From: a virus
Virus record (IMG/VR): IMGVR_UViG_3300045988_145033
Location: 1 to 64,000 of that record
DNA length: 64,000 nt
Reading direction: 5' to 3' (one strand)
Shown one piece after another: positions 9,117 to 18,695 of this stretch (position 1 is the first letter of the stretch; each line of letters starts with the position of its first letter). The translations under genes and the position numbers were made by a program. The notes below the pieces were generated by a model. The model saw nothing but the letters and a program-made list of their open reading frames with translations, made no database searches and had not been told where the DNA came from.

Positions 9117-9668
9117 TTACGCTCCATACTCACTTTTTATTTCAGTTATTTCTTTATATTTATCTAAGTCTATATTGTGATACTTATCAAGCATAGCATG
9201 ATGCGTAATATTAACCTTAGTATGCTTATCGTATTTTATAACTACTTCATAAGGACAATACTGTTCTTTATAATCTAAAGATATTCTAAATCTAAATGAA
9301 TCTTCTTTATATTTTTTAAGATACTCTTCAATCTTAGTTCTTGCTATAGTTTCAAAATGACATATATATGCAAGTCTTGACCTTACGTTTTCTATTGAAA
9401 TATTATTATCTGAAAATACGATATCGTGAGACATAGCTTGACTTAATATTTCGCCCGAAGGTCCTTCAGCCTCTATTTTGCTTGCACTTACCACATGACA
9501 TTCTGTAAGATTGCGTTCTAAAATATTTGCTATTTCAACTAAAGTTAAATTATAATTACTAACCTTATCTTTCACATGTGCTGGTATGCTATCTTCATTT
9601 TTAATTCTTGTGTATCTGTTCATACCGGATTCTTCTTCTAATGTTCTAAATTTAAAACTGAGTTGCAT
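9117..9668 (-). CDS. hypothetical protein (183 aa)
   Basis: ORF, minus-strand early-type array. Confidence 0.6.
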   Translation of the reverse strand: MQLSFKFRTLEEESGMNRYTRIKNEDSIPAHVKDKVSNYNLTLVEIANILERNLTECHVVSASKIEAEGPSGEILSQAMSHDIVFSDNNISIENVRSRLAYICHFETIARTKIEEYLKKYKEDSFRFRISLDYKEQYCPYEVVIKYDKHTKVNITHHAMLDKYHNIDLDKYKEITEIKSEYGA

Positions 9669-9949
9669 TATTTTTCATCTCCTTTGTATTTTAAGTCGGG
9701 CAAATATAACGTTTCAAGCATAAGTCCTATATCATCAACTTCTGCTTCATATCTATTACCCCACACTTTAGATAGCGATAATGTAGCTAAATATACATAA
9801 TCGTACAATTTATCTATCTTATCATCTGGAATAATAAAGTTTTCTTCTATTATAGTAACAGCGATATTCATTTCATCTCTATTGTCAGCTTCCAGCGAGT
9901 ATAGTCCCTTAGTACGACATTTCTGTATAAGTATTTCTTTTAATCTCAT
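9668..9949 (-). CDS. hypothetical protein (93 aa)
   Basis: ORF coupled (ATGA-type overlap region) to downstream gene. Confidence 0.55.
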   Translation of the reverse strand: MRLKEILIQKCRTKGLYSLEADNRDEMNIAVTIIEENFIIPDDKIDKLYDYVYLATLSLSKVWGNRYEAEVDDIGLMLETLYLPDLKYKGDEK

Positions 9950-10002
9950 TTACTTCATCTCCTTTTATCTTATTAAGCTATCAAGAAGTTAGATAAAATT
10001 AC

Positions 10003-10033
10003 AAAAAAAAAAATGGTGAGGATAAACCCCACC
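10003..10033 (-). terminator. intrinsic terminator ggtggggTTTATcctcacc + U-run (minus strand); same hairpin reused at 35781-35812 and 38449-38479
   Basis: stem has a G.U wobble only when read on the minus strand, supporting orientation. Confidence 0.7.
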
Positions 10034-10040
10034 ACTTATT

Positions 10041-10790
10041 TTACTCCTCTTTCTTATCTTCATAAACTTCAAAGATATTTTCTATCTTATCATCTAGGAT
10101 ATTAGAACCTAGTTCTTTATGAACATCTTTAATTATATCTATAAGAAGTTCTTTAGGTCCATTACTTACAAGAATTGCTAGTTGTCTGTCTATAATTTCT
10201 TCGTCATCTGCTATATAGTTATAAACTTGTCTTGTTAGTTCTCTTATAAGTTTCTTTCTCATATAAGGTTCACCGTAGTTATCTACAATCTTATAATCTA
10301 AGAAATCTAAATCATTACGAAGTTTAAATTCGTCATCAAATAAGGCTTCGTTATCCACACGGTTTCCAAGTATATTTATACCGAACATATCACACATTTC
10401 CATATAAGCTACGTCACCTTGCTTATAGATATATGTATTGTAAACAGCTTTAATTTCCTCTACAGTCTTTTCATCTGTATGCTCATTGGTTTGTACTATA
10501 ATCACTGGGTTATTAAAATAATATCCTATTTCTCCACACATAGCAGCATATAAAGAAGCATCACGAAGTGTATCATATTCACTTTCGACATCGTCACTTC
10601 CAACCATAGTAATTGTATTTAGAATTATTACCGATAAATCCAAGAAATCAAAATCCATTGTATTATTTGGTTCATTCGCATATAGATTTTTATGGTCGTA
10701 ATAATATGATGCTATAACGTTTAATCCTTTCACCCCCTTTAATTCTGCTAATACATTTTCAAATCTTTCCTTTTTAGTTAGATTTTTCAT
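10041..10790 (-). CDS. hypothetical protein (249 aa)
   Basis: ORF with own family-A promoter and terminator. Confidence 0.65.
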   Translation of the reverse strand: MKNLTKKERFENVLAELKGVKGLNVIASYYYDHKNLYANEPNNTMDFDFLDLSVIILNTITMVGSDDVESEYDTLRDASLYAAMCGEIGYYFNNPVIIVQTNEHTDEKTVEEIKAVYNTYIYKQGDVAYMEMCDMFGINILGNRVDNEALFDDEFKLRNDLDFLDYKIVDNYGEPYMRKKLIRELTRQVYNYIADDEEIIDRQLAILVSNGPKELLIDIIKDVHKELGSNILDDKIENIFEVYEDKKEE

Positions 10791-10795
10791 TTTTG

Positions 10796-10848
10796 TTCCT
10801 CCTTAAAATTTTTTATTTTACCTTTCGGCTACTTATATTATATATACT
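10796..10848 (-). promoter_or_regulatory. early-type promoter box + family A leader/RBS
   Basis: TATATATAATATAAGTAGCCGAAAGGTAAAATAAAAAATTTTAAGGAGG on minus strand. Confidence 0.5.
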
Positions 10849-10865
10849 TATATTTTCTCGAATAA

Positions 10866-10901
10866 TAAAAAAAAAAAAATAAAGGCTAGGAAAACCTAGC
10901 C
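10866..10901 (-). terminator. intrinsic terminator ggctaggTTTTcctagcc + 14-nt U-run; identical hairpin at 36591-36623
   Basis: perfect 7-bp stem, long T-run on transcribed strand. Confidence 0.75.
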
Positions 10902-10909
10902 AATATCTT

Positions 10910-11608
10910 TTATCCTATATATGGACCAATAAACGTTGTACTGAATGTGTCTTTCGCTATCTTTCTATCTAGCTCATATTCATGATGATAGAAACCATAT
11001 TTTTCTAAAAGAACTTCAATCTTATCTATTTCATCTCCATATGGTAATTCGTCGTATCTACCATTATGGTGGTTTAAATCCCAAGTATGACACATATAGA
11101 TTTTATCATAGAACTTATCTTCTAACTTTTTCTTATTGAATTCGTCTATAGCATAGATTAAACTGTCATAAGTTTTAGAAGATATTTTAGATTTAATGTC
11201 AGCCAAATCTGCTTCAGTTATTTCCAGTTTTTCTATATCATGAAATAGTCTAGTATAGTTATTTGTAATAACTCTTTTAAGACAATCTTCGTTACTTTCA
11301 AATACTGGTTTTTTGGCATCTTCAGAATAACCACTTTCATAGTATTCTAACTTTCTTCTGTAGTCACTATTCTTAGATTCTAATTCGTATGCTAAACTAT
11401 AAACTGGCGAATAATATCCGCAATATTTAATATCGACTAAATCTTGATATTCTTCTTTATATTGCTCTTTAAGATATCTTTCAAGTCTTTCAGCTTTAGC
11501 CTTAAGTTCGGGATTATCTTCTAAAAATCTTTCAATAAAATTTCCGTAAGCCTTTTGTCTTTCTTTCTTTTCACACATCATTCTTCTTTCAATTTTTTCA
11601 TCTCTCAT
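10910..11608 (-). CDS. hypothetical protein (232 aa)
   Basis: ORF with family-B leader upstream. Confidence 0.65.
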   Translation of the reverse strand: MRDEKIERRMMCEKKERQKAYGNFIERFLEDNPELKAKAERLERYLKEQYKEEYQDLVDIKYCGYYSPVYSLAYELESKNSDYRRKLEYYESGYSEDAKKPVFESNEDCLKRVITNNYTRLFHDIEKLEITEADLADIKSKISSKTYDSLIYAIDEFNKKKLEDKFYDKIYMCHTWDLNHHNGRYDELPYGDEIDKIEVLLEKYGFYHHEYELDRKIAKDTFSTTFIGPYIG

Positions 11609-11614
11609 TTTCGA

Positions 11615-11690
11615 TTCCTCCTAAATGTTTTTAAAATTAAATTTTGGCTTCTCCCCATTGGATTGCCTTTATCTTAGTATATAATATATG
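11615..11690 (-). promoter_or_regulatory. early-type box + family B conserved leader (AAGGCAATCCAATGGGGAGAAGCCAAAATTTAATTTTAAAAACATTTAGGAGG)
   Basis: about 75-nt element repeated at 36492-36563 and 37205-37280 with only 4-5 substitutions. Confidence 0.55.
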
Positions 11691-11721
11691 TATTAAATTA
11701 TAAATGATGTAAGGATAGTAG

Positions 11722-11751
11722 AAAAAAAAAAATGTGGGAGTTATCCCACAT
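11722..11751 (-). terminator. intrinsic terminator atgtgggaTAACtcccacat + 11-nt U-run
   Basis: hairpin overlaps stop codon of gene 11751..11987. Confidence 0.7.
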
Positions 11752-11987
11752 TAATCTTCATCATCTTCTTCGTCGAGTATCTCGTATATTCTATCATGAA
11801 ATAAGTATACGTTATCGTTAGACATATATTCATGATACGCTCTTTCTAAAAGCTCTTCATCATCACAGCATCTTTCATAACTAAATAAAGCCTTTATAAA
11901 CGTTTTATAATTCGGTCCGTCTGCAAGTCTTGCTATTTCATGTTTCATTTCTTCTACGGTATATTTTGGTTCTGTTGCTTTCTTCAT
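11751..11987 (-). CDS. small acidic protein (78 aa)
   Basis: ORF; C-terminal EEDDED tail. Confidence 0.55.
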   Translation of the reverse strand: MKKATEPKYTVEEMKHEIARLADGPNYKTFIKALFSYERCCDDEELLERAYHEYMSNDNVYLFHDRIYEILDEEDDED

Positions 11988-12007
11988 ATTAATCTCCTTT
12001 CAAACTT

Positions 12008-12036
12008 AAAAAAGAAAGGCGAGGAAACCCCGCCAA
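12008..12036 (-). terminator. intrinsic terminator ggcggggTTTcctcgcc + U-rich tract
   Basis: hairpin with G.U wobble on minus strand. Confidence 0.6.
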
Positions 12037-12070
12037 TCCTTTCCAATATATTTCAAATTTTAAGTAAGGA

Positions 12071-12826
12071 CTACTTTTTACCAAATCCTAATCCTATTCC
12101 ACCTCTTTGTCCGAAGCTTCCTAATACACTTTCAGGGTAGTTACCTCTTACATACGGATGGTCTCCACATCTGTAAGCTTCAGATAAGATAACTGGACCT
12201 TGTAATACACTCTCAACAACCATTTCTGCCTTTTGTTGTTTTATGAATTTCAAGATTTGATACATATTCCAATAGCACACTTTGTTATGTGCAACTCCTC
12301 TTAAGAAATCTTGACATCCAGCAATTTGTCTTAAGAATGAGTTATATATGAAATAGAAGTTATTAACTACATGCTTTTGAATTATTCCTTGTTCGCAAGC
12401 GAGTGCTAAGAATGATTCATAATCATCATAAACTATTACATGCTCAGCAGCGTTATTTTCTTTAACGACTCCTGTAACACCAGTTGATATAGCTGATATA
12501 AATTTCACATCAGCGTAATCATTTATTTCTCCAATCTTTTCTTTAAGTTCTCCCATTTCTTTATCTATTATAGGAAGACCTTGTACTATCTTGTCTTTAG
12601 GTACTCCTATAATGATTGTATCAAAATGATTGAAATTATGACAGTCAGCAAAGCTATAAGCTTCTATAGCTCTTCTTACTGGGTCAACTTCAATTTCCCA
12701 AGATAGGTCAGTGTTGACCAATACTAATAATAATCTCTTATTACTTTCTTTACAGTTCTTTTGTAAAGCATAGTAACCTCTTTCTTCAAAAATTCCCTTT
12801 ACTGTGTTGATTGTTTGTTTGTTCAT
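12071..12826 (-). CDS. hypothetical protein (251 aa)
   Basis: ORF; own promoter box at 12883-12897. Confidence 0.65.
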   Translation of the reverse strand: MNKQTINTVKGIFEERGYYALQKNCKESNKRLLLVLVNTDLSWEIEVDPVRRAIEAYSFADCHNFNHFDTIIIGVPKDKIVQGLPIIDKEMGELKEKIGEINDYADVKFISAISTGVTGVVKENNAAEHVIVYDDYESFLALACEQGIIQKHVVNNFYFIYNSFLRQIAGCQDFLRGVAHNKVCYWNMYQILKFIKQQKAEMVVESVLQGPVILSEAYRCGDHPYVRGNYPESVLGSFGQRGGIGLGFGKK

Positions 12827-12918
12827 AATATGAACCTCCTTTAAATTTTTATTTGACTTCGGGTTATTTCCCTTGTCTTACTCTTATAATATATGTATCA
12901 AAATATGAATGCTGCAAG

Positions 12919-13641
12919 TTATTCAGTTATATCCTTTATAGCCTTTTCTATAGCCGCAAGATACATAACTGACTTAATACTTAAAGCCTTTATGACGTTA
13001 TCTATTTTAACTGTGTAGTTATTAATATATCCACTATTCATTAAACTAATCTTCACGTCAGTTACATTCTTATCTATTAGTGCCTTTATATCTTCTAAAC
13101 CATTTAAGAACTCTTCTTTATTAAAGCTTTCTATAGGTTCAGTAGCTTTCTTTCTGTATATATTTATTCTACCTTGTAAGCTTACTAGATATTGATTCAT
13201 ATGAGCTCTTTGGTCTTCCATATAACTAAGCTCTTCTGGCGAAACATTCTTGACTTTATCGCTAGTTAAGAAAGCATCCAGTTTATCATATTTTATTTGT
13301 AATTCCTTTTCTTCAAGCATTGCTCTTCTTATATAGTCTGGACACTCAAATCCTATATAAACCATCGGCAGTTCTTCAGGTTTAAATAGCTTTTCAAATC
13401 TATCTAAATAGATATTAAATTGCTCATCTCCATCACCGGTACTTTGAATAAGTATTTCATTTACTATAGTTACAAGTTGTGATGCTTTAATTGGGTCTCC
13501 TATATACCAATTATTCTTATAAAGAATATCAGATATAAGGTTGTAGAATTCTGTCATCTTATTTAGTGGTATAACTCTAGTTTCTCCATACTTTTCTTTA
13601 ACCTCTTTAATTACTAATTCTCTTAATTCATGATTTGTCAT
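12919..13641 (-). CDS. hypothetical protein (240 aa)
   Basis: ORF. Confidence 0.65.
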   Translation of the reverse strand: MTNHELRELVIKEVKEKYGETRVIPLNKMTEFYNLISDILYKNNWYIGDPIKASQLVTIVNEILIQSTGDGDEQFNIYLDRFEKLFKPEELPMVYIGFECPDYIRRAMLEEKELQIKYDKLDAFLTSDKVKNVSPEELSYMEDQRAHMNQYLVSLQGRINIYRKKATEPIESFNKEEFLNGLEDIKALIDKNVTDVKISLMNSGYINNYTVKIDNVIKALSIKSVMYLAAIEKAIKDITE

Positions 13642-13643
13642 TT

Positions 13644-14261
13644 TTAATCCTCCTTATTTTCTATATATTCTGTAAGTTTAAAATACATTACAGTTATTAC
13701 TTTAAATTTACTCGCTTCAGCTATAGACATAGTATCAGTTGATATAAATTCTATATCAAATTTATACTCTGATAATGTCTTATCATTTAATATTTTATTC
13801 ACTTCTTTAGTAATATCATTAAACCATTCCCAATCATAACGTGCTGGATATGTTGGATATTCAAAAACTCCACTTTGAACAACTCTTGATATTATCTTTG
13901 AAACTTTATTAAAAGTTTTAGGTTTATCTTCTTTAATTTCATCTATTATTTCTTTATGATTTTTGTCTATAAATTTAAGAACGTCTATAAGTTTACTATA
14001 ATAATTATCAAAATCATCACACATCTTATTTATATTATATTTAGTTTCTACAACCTCTAGTGTACCTGTAACCATAGTGGTATTTTTAGCAACTATATCT
14101 TCTAAGCTCTTTTCTACCAATGGCGGTATTTTGTGGATTCCATCGTCCTTAAATCTTTCCTTTATAGACTTCATGAGTATATTCACAAACCCTTGCATTT
14201 CAGCATTATCCGTTTCTGAATAAAATCGTAACTTAAATTTTAAATCCTCTTTATTATACAT
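13644..14261 (-). CDS. hypothetical protein (205 aa)
   Basis: ORF. Confidence 0.65.
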   Translation of the reverse strand: MYNKEDLKFKLRFYSETDNAEMQGFVNILMKSIKERFKDDGIHKIPPLVEKSLEDIVAKNTTMVTGTLEVVETKYNINKMCDDFDNYYSKLIDVLKFIDKNHKEIIDEIKEDKPKTFNKVSKIISRVVQSGVFEYPTYPARYDWEWFNDITKEVNKILNDKTLSEYKFDIEFISTDTMSIAEASKFKVITVMYFKLTEYIENKED

Positions 14262-14273
14262 ATAATCACTCCT

Positions 14274-14855
14274 TTACATTTTTAAATCTTGTTTCATAAA
14301 TTCATCAAGAGAACCGTATAGTTTTTCTATTCCATATTTTTCACAACCTACTATAGATATAAGCGATTCGTGATACAAAGCATAATATAAAGGCTTTACG
14401 AACTTATCTTTAGTTAGGCTCATAGAAATTTCAGTGAAAAACTCATCAGGTGTATCTATCATCTTTTGATGAACGAATGGGAAATCTTTCGATGATAAGA
14501 AATGAGAACCGTTTAAGACATACCAATATATCTCATTTTCTTTATCCGATTTAAGATAAGTAGTTTCAATATTTCTAATCTTATCAAGAATATCCTTATC
14601 CTTTATCTTTTCAGATTTATAAATAAGTATATAGTTCTGATTGTTAATTTTAGAAATATACTTAATCACAATCATCATAGATACAAACTTTCTGTATTCT
14701 ATAGTATGGTCCTCAAAGGAAGCTTTATCATAAAATACGATATTAAGCCTTCCTTTTCCATTTGAGCTTTCTAAAAAGTTAAGTATTGGCGGAATCGTTT
14801 CATCTTCCGTCCTTAAGTTTAAATACTCCTCTTTAAATTTTTGAAAATCGTTCAT
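14274..14855 (-). CDS. hypothetical protein (193 aa)
   Basis: ORF; promoter box 14895-14908. Confidence 0.65.
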   Translation of the reverse strand: MNDFQKFKEEYLNLRTEDETIPPILNFLESSNGKGRLNIVFYDKASFEDHTIEYRKFVSMMIVIKYISKINNQNYILIYKSEKIKDKDILDKIRNIETTYLKSDKENEIYWYVLNGSHFLSSKDFPFVHQKMIDTPDEFFTEISMSLTKDKFVKPLYYALYHESLISIVGCEKYGIEKLYGSLDEFMKQDLKM

Positions 14856-14915
14856 TTTAATTCCTCCTTAAAATTTTATTATTGTGCCGCTTCATTTATA
14901 ATATATAGCTGAGTA

Positions 14916-15335
14916 TTATAAAGGTGAATCTCTTTGTGGTTCTATATCTATAACTTCATCTAAATCACATTCAGGTTCACATTCATCAAATAACACACTC
15001 TCAGGTTCATCAAAAGCTAATTCGTGACAAAGCTTCGTAAAATCTATAGTGTCTATCTTTCTTGAAAGTTCGCAAGCTTCAAGCTCGTCCATTAGAAGTT
15101 CTAAAGCGTCCTTTTTGATAGGTTCTTTCTTTTGAAAATAGAGATTAAGTCCTGCCTTAAATCCCTTATTATATCCTTCGTTATACCCTTTGTCATATCT
15201 ATCAGTAACTGCTTTTTTACCAGAATAATAACCATCATCATAACCTCTACTGTAGTTACTAGAACCTACTTCCGATACAGTGCCATAATAATATTCGGCA
15301 TCGTCATCTTTCCAGCTATTAAAGAACATTCCCAT
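14916..15335 (-). CDS. hypothetical protein with GY-x-x-GY repeats (139 aa)
   Basis: ORF; YDDGYYSGKK / YDKGYNEGYNKGFKAG repeats. Confidence 0.55.
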   Translation of the reverse strand: MGMFFNSWKDDDAEYYYGTVSEVGSSNYSRGYDDGYYSGKKAVTDRYDKGYNEGYNKGFKAGLNLYFQKKEPIKKDALELLMDELEACELSRKIDTIDFTKLCHELAFDEPESVLFDECEPECDLDEVIDIEPQRDSPL

Positions 15336-15374
15336 TTATATCACTCTCCTTTATTATATTGCTTTTCGGATTGT

Positions 15375-15407
15375 AAAAAAAAAAAAGAAAATGGAGATTA
15401 AATCTCC
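15375..15407 (-). terminator. intrinsic terminator atggagatTTAatctccat + 15-nt U-run
   Basis: hairpin + T-run on minus strand. Confidence 0.7.
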
Positions 15408-15748
15408 ATAAGTTCCTTTTTATTAGAAGTATATGCTGTGAACCCACGGTTTAGCATAACTTCTATTGATTGAAAATTGTCGAGAGACTTAAATACATAA
15501 GACCCTCTTTCCATTTTTTCTTTATCAATTTTCCACGCTGAAAAACTATTTAGATTAAAATCCTTTTTGTAATATAGAAGTTCTATCATTCTAATCAGTT
15601 TCTCATCCTGACTAGATTTGTAATACTCTATAGCTTTTCTCATAAGCTTTTCTTTTTCAGATTTAGTCAATTCAACTAAACCTTTTGTAGAAAGAATTTC
15701 ATAAAAGTTTTCAATCTTCTTTCTAGTATTTTTTAATTCTTGTAGCAT
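15398..15748 (-). CDS. hypothetical protein (116 aa)
   Basis: ORF; promoter box 15796-15810. Confidence 0.6.
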   Translation of the reverse strand: MLQELKNTRKKIENFYEILSTKGLVELTKSEKEKLMRKAIEYYKSSQDEKLIRMIELLYYKKDFNLNSFSAWKIDKEKMERGSYVFKSLDNFQSIEVMLNRGFTAYTSNKKELMEI

Positions 15749-15838
15749 GGTTATTCCTCCTTAGTATTCTTAAGTTTACCTTTGTCTTCTTCTATTACAA
15801 TATATAATCAAAAAAAAAAACTAGCAGGAACATTCAAA

Positions 15839-15850
15839 AACACCCCTTTA
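15839..15850 (+). promoter_or_regulatory. AACA-N6-TA late-type promoter motif (AACAccccttTA) 25 nt upstream of first gene of plus-strand operon
   Basis: position relative to operon start. Confidence 0.4.
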
Positions 15851-15874
15851 GAATAATTTTAAGGAGGTTTTAAA

Positions 15875-16495
15875 ATGAACACATTGAAACGTAACCTTGA
15901 CCTTGCACCTCATAATGAGAAAGGAAACCCTCATAGACTTGGGAAAGCTTGGGAACAAATAGCTCAACTTCAATTCCTTTTAGGTTCGGTTCTTGGTGTA
16001 GATGTAGGTTCTAATGACGGAACTGTACTACATATTCAAGACAGTGGTAATAAGGAAAAAGGTAGATTATATATTGATAAAAACAATGGAAAGCTTTATA
16101 TGTGCCTTAAAAATACAACAAGACTTTCTAATATAGAAACTGAATTTGAAGAATTTACTTTAAATTCAACTTATAAATCTGATGTAGTTGATAGAGGTTC
16201 AGTATACTTCTTAAATGGTACAAGCGAATATTCAAATATTATACCAGCTGGTACTAGAATAGAAGTTGTAAACTTATCTGACTTGGTAGGAGTTTTAAAT
16301 CTATCTATAAAGGCTAAAAGCAAAGATAATGAAGATGTACTAACTTATAAGCTTTTCATAGAAGATAGAGAATCTCGTGCATATACTTTCGCTCAACCTA
16401 CTTTAAAGAAAAGAATAGGAGAGAAGGTATATGTTATATTTGATAAAGATGTTAAGAAGAATAGTTGCAGAGTTGACTATTACTTATATAGGTAA
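15875..16495 (+). CDS. putative virion structural protein (206 aa)
   Basis: first gene of 5-gene plus operon with GGAGG RBSs. Confidence 0.5.
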   Translation: MNTLKRNLDLAPHNEKGNPHRLGKAWEQIAQLQFLLGSVLGVDVGSNDGTVLHIQDSGNKEKGRLYIDKNNGKLYMCLKNTTRLSNIETEFEEFTLNSTYKSDVVDRGSVYFLNGTSEYSNIIPAGTRIEVVNLSDLVGVLNLSIKAKSKDNEDVLTYKLFIEDRESRAYTFAQPTLKKRIGEKVYVIFDKDVKKNSCRVDYYLYR

Positions 16496-16504
16496 GGTGA
16501 TAAT

Positions 16505-18682
16505 ATGAGTATATTTGGGAGAGGATATCCTTGGACAGAATCTAATAAACAGGGTTTACTAGACACAAATGATATACCTTCTAATTTAAAATTGAAAAAT
16601 ATATTAGAATATAAAAATGTGCTCTCAAGAGCACATTTACAAACGATACTTCAAGATACAAGTTCTGAACTTGCTCTTATCTTGTCAGCTATAATAGGAA
16701 TAGATATATCTGGTATAGTTCTTTTTAGTGAAGACCAAAACTTGATAAGATACACGAATGGTGAAGCTGTGGCGGAAGAAGGAGGCTTAAGAATATTTAT
16801 AAATATACAAGATTTAAGAATGTATTTGTCTTTAGGAAAAGATACATTTTTATATCCATTCTCTTTAGCTACAGAAGCTGTAAACCATTTAAGAAAATCA
16901 GAAAGAGAATCTGTATTTTACTGTAAATTCGATGAAACTCCAATAACTTCAGCATCACCTATACGTAAAAGAGGAACTAAAGGGATTTACGAGATATTAA
17001 AAGATAATGGTTGGGTTGAAGCATATTTAAGAATGTGCTTAAATAGAGGCTTAGATAATAGTCTGAATATGGCAGAATATAACAATTTCCCAATACTTGA
17101 CATATTCTATAACTCTAAAGACTTACTAGGTAGGACTTCTCTAGCTAATGAGTTTTACATTAAGCAATTTGCAAATCCTCAACTTGGAAGGGGTACAATA
17201 TGTAATAACGAAGACGGTGTGAGTATACCGAATGTTAGAGTTAATGAATGGAGAATTCCTATATATACAAATCAATTTATGAATTCTCAAATGTATATAG
17301 AAAATTTAGATGTACAAATAGATTTTATAACAAATCCATTTAAGCATTTAGATGAATCTAATATAGACATAATGGAAGGTCCTAAAGATAATAGTATTTC
17401 TGGTAAGCCTTATGTTAGACATAAACATACTCTAAGTCGTATGTGGGCTACTCAATTTTCGGCGAATACAACAAAATGGGCAGTAGGACATTACCATACG
17501 TCAGCTCCACTGTATCCTTCAACTTGGAGTCCGGAATATTCAAATACAAACTATGAATCTAATAGTATACAAACTATAAGCTTTAATAAAAGACCTGATA
17601 GACATATGAGATATAGAGTTTCTGCGGCTACTTGCTTTAGAACGAATGATGAACAAGTAAGACTCGCTGATTATTTGGAAGTGAATAAGATTTATGATAG
17701 TGAAGCTGACATTCCTATGTCATCTGGTATGACATACCATACAGCTGGAAACCAGCAAAATATGACATCAATCACTACTATGCCTAGAGCTGAAGGAATA
17801 CACCCTGACCCAGAAGATTTAACTAATCCTATGGATTTATCTATAGATTTTGAATTTAGAAAATGTGAAAGTGAAGAAAATATTTATAGCGGTGGCGGAC
17901 TTAGTGCGATATACCCTAGACATAATAGAATAATAAATAATAAAGCTTGTACGCTTTTAGGTTTCCTAGTAATAAGAGGATACTCAGGACTTGTCGGTTC
18001 GACTCTTCTTAATGGTAGCTTTAAATCGACAGATTTAAAACCTGATAATTCTAATCAGAATGCTAAGACATCATATTCTAATGCTACTCGTCCACACGAT
18101 ACGCTTTTTAAAGTAACTATAAGAACTTTAAAGGGTATAACACAAGCTGGGGGAAATTATGAAGAGCCTGATAAAAAGATAAGTGCGGGTGGAACACCTT
18201 GGGACGAAAGAGTTAAACCGTATTATTCTAAAGCTGTAACAGTATCAGCTGATATATTCTCTATACCTACAGCACTTGTAACAAGTCCTTTTGATGATAC
18301 TGGACTTGAGGGTATAACTGGTGGAATATACCCAGATTTAGATAATGGTGGTAAAGTAGGAGCTTCTGTATATCCTTATGATTATTCAGACGGTAAAAAC
18401 TATCACGTGTCTCCAGATTTACAATGGGGAACTACTGATTTTTATAGATATAGAATAAAGGATAAAGGTGGATTTTTGAGAATGCCTATTAAAGATTATA
18501 TTTGGATGTATTATGGTTGGACACATAAAAACTTATTAAGTATTATGGATAAGAAACTAACTTTCAGCGGATATGTACACCCATTAACATCTATGCTTGA
18601 CTGGTATTATTATCCTACTAAAGACGGTAAAAATATAGGCGGAATATATATGGGTAAAACCACAAATAAATTTTATCAGTGA
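16505..18682 (+). CDS. putative virion structural protein (725 aa)
   Basis: large ORF, Gly/Tyr/Asn-rich C-terminal half typical of fibre/baseplate proteins. Confidence 0.5.
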   Translation: MSIFGRGYPWTESNKQGLLDTNDIPSNLKLKNILEYKNVLSRAHLQTILQDTSSELALILSAIIGIDISGIVLFSEDQNLIRYTNGEAVAEEGGLRIFINIQDLRMYLSLGKDTFLYPFSLATEAVNHLRKSERESVFYCKFDETPITSASPIRKRGTKGIYEILKDNGWVEAYLRMCLNRGLDNSLNMAEYNNFPILDIFYNSKDLLGRTSLANEFYIKQFANPQLGRGTICNNEDGVSIPNVRVNEWRIPIYTNQFMNSQMYIENLDVQIDFITNPFKHLDESNIDIMEGPKDNSISGKPYVRHKHTLSRMWATQFSANTTKWAVGHYHTSAPLYPSTWSPEYSNTNYESNSIQTISFNKRPDRHMRYRVSAATCFRTNDEQVRLADYLEVNKIYDSEADIPMSSGMTYHTAGNQQNMTSITTMPRAEGIHPDPEDLTNPMDLSIDFEFRKCESEENIYSGGGLSAIYPRHNRIINNKACTLLGFLVIRGYSGLVGSTLLNGSFKSTDLKPDNSNQNAKTSYSNATRPHDTLFKVTIRTLKGITQAGGNYEEPDKKISAGGTPWDERVKPYYSKAVTVSADIFSIPTALVTSPFDDTGLEGITGGIYPDLDNGGKVGASVYPYDYSDGKNYHVSPDLQWGTTDFYRYRIKDKGGFLRMPIKDYIWMYYGWTHKNLLSIMDKKLTFSGYVHPLTSMLDWYYYPTKDGKNIGGIYMGKTTNKFYQ

Positions 18683-18695
18683 GGTGATATGAGTA

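Noticed and set aside
15810-15821. A-run at 15810-15821 as a terminator
   Set aside because: No adjacent hairpin; it lies between a promoter box and the late-type motif and is just AT-rich spacer.
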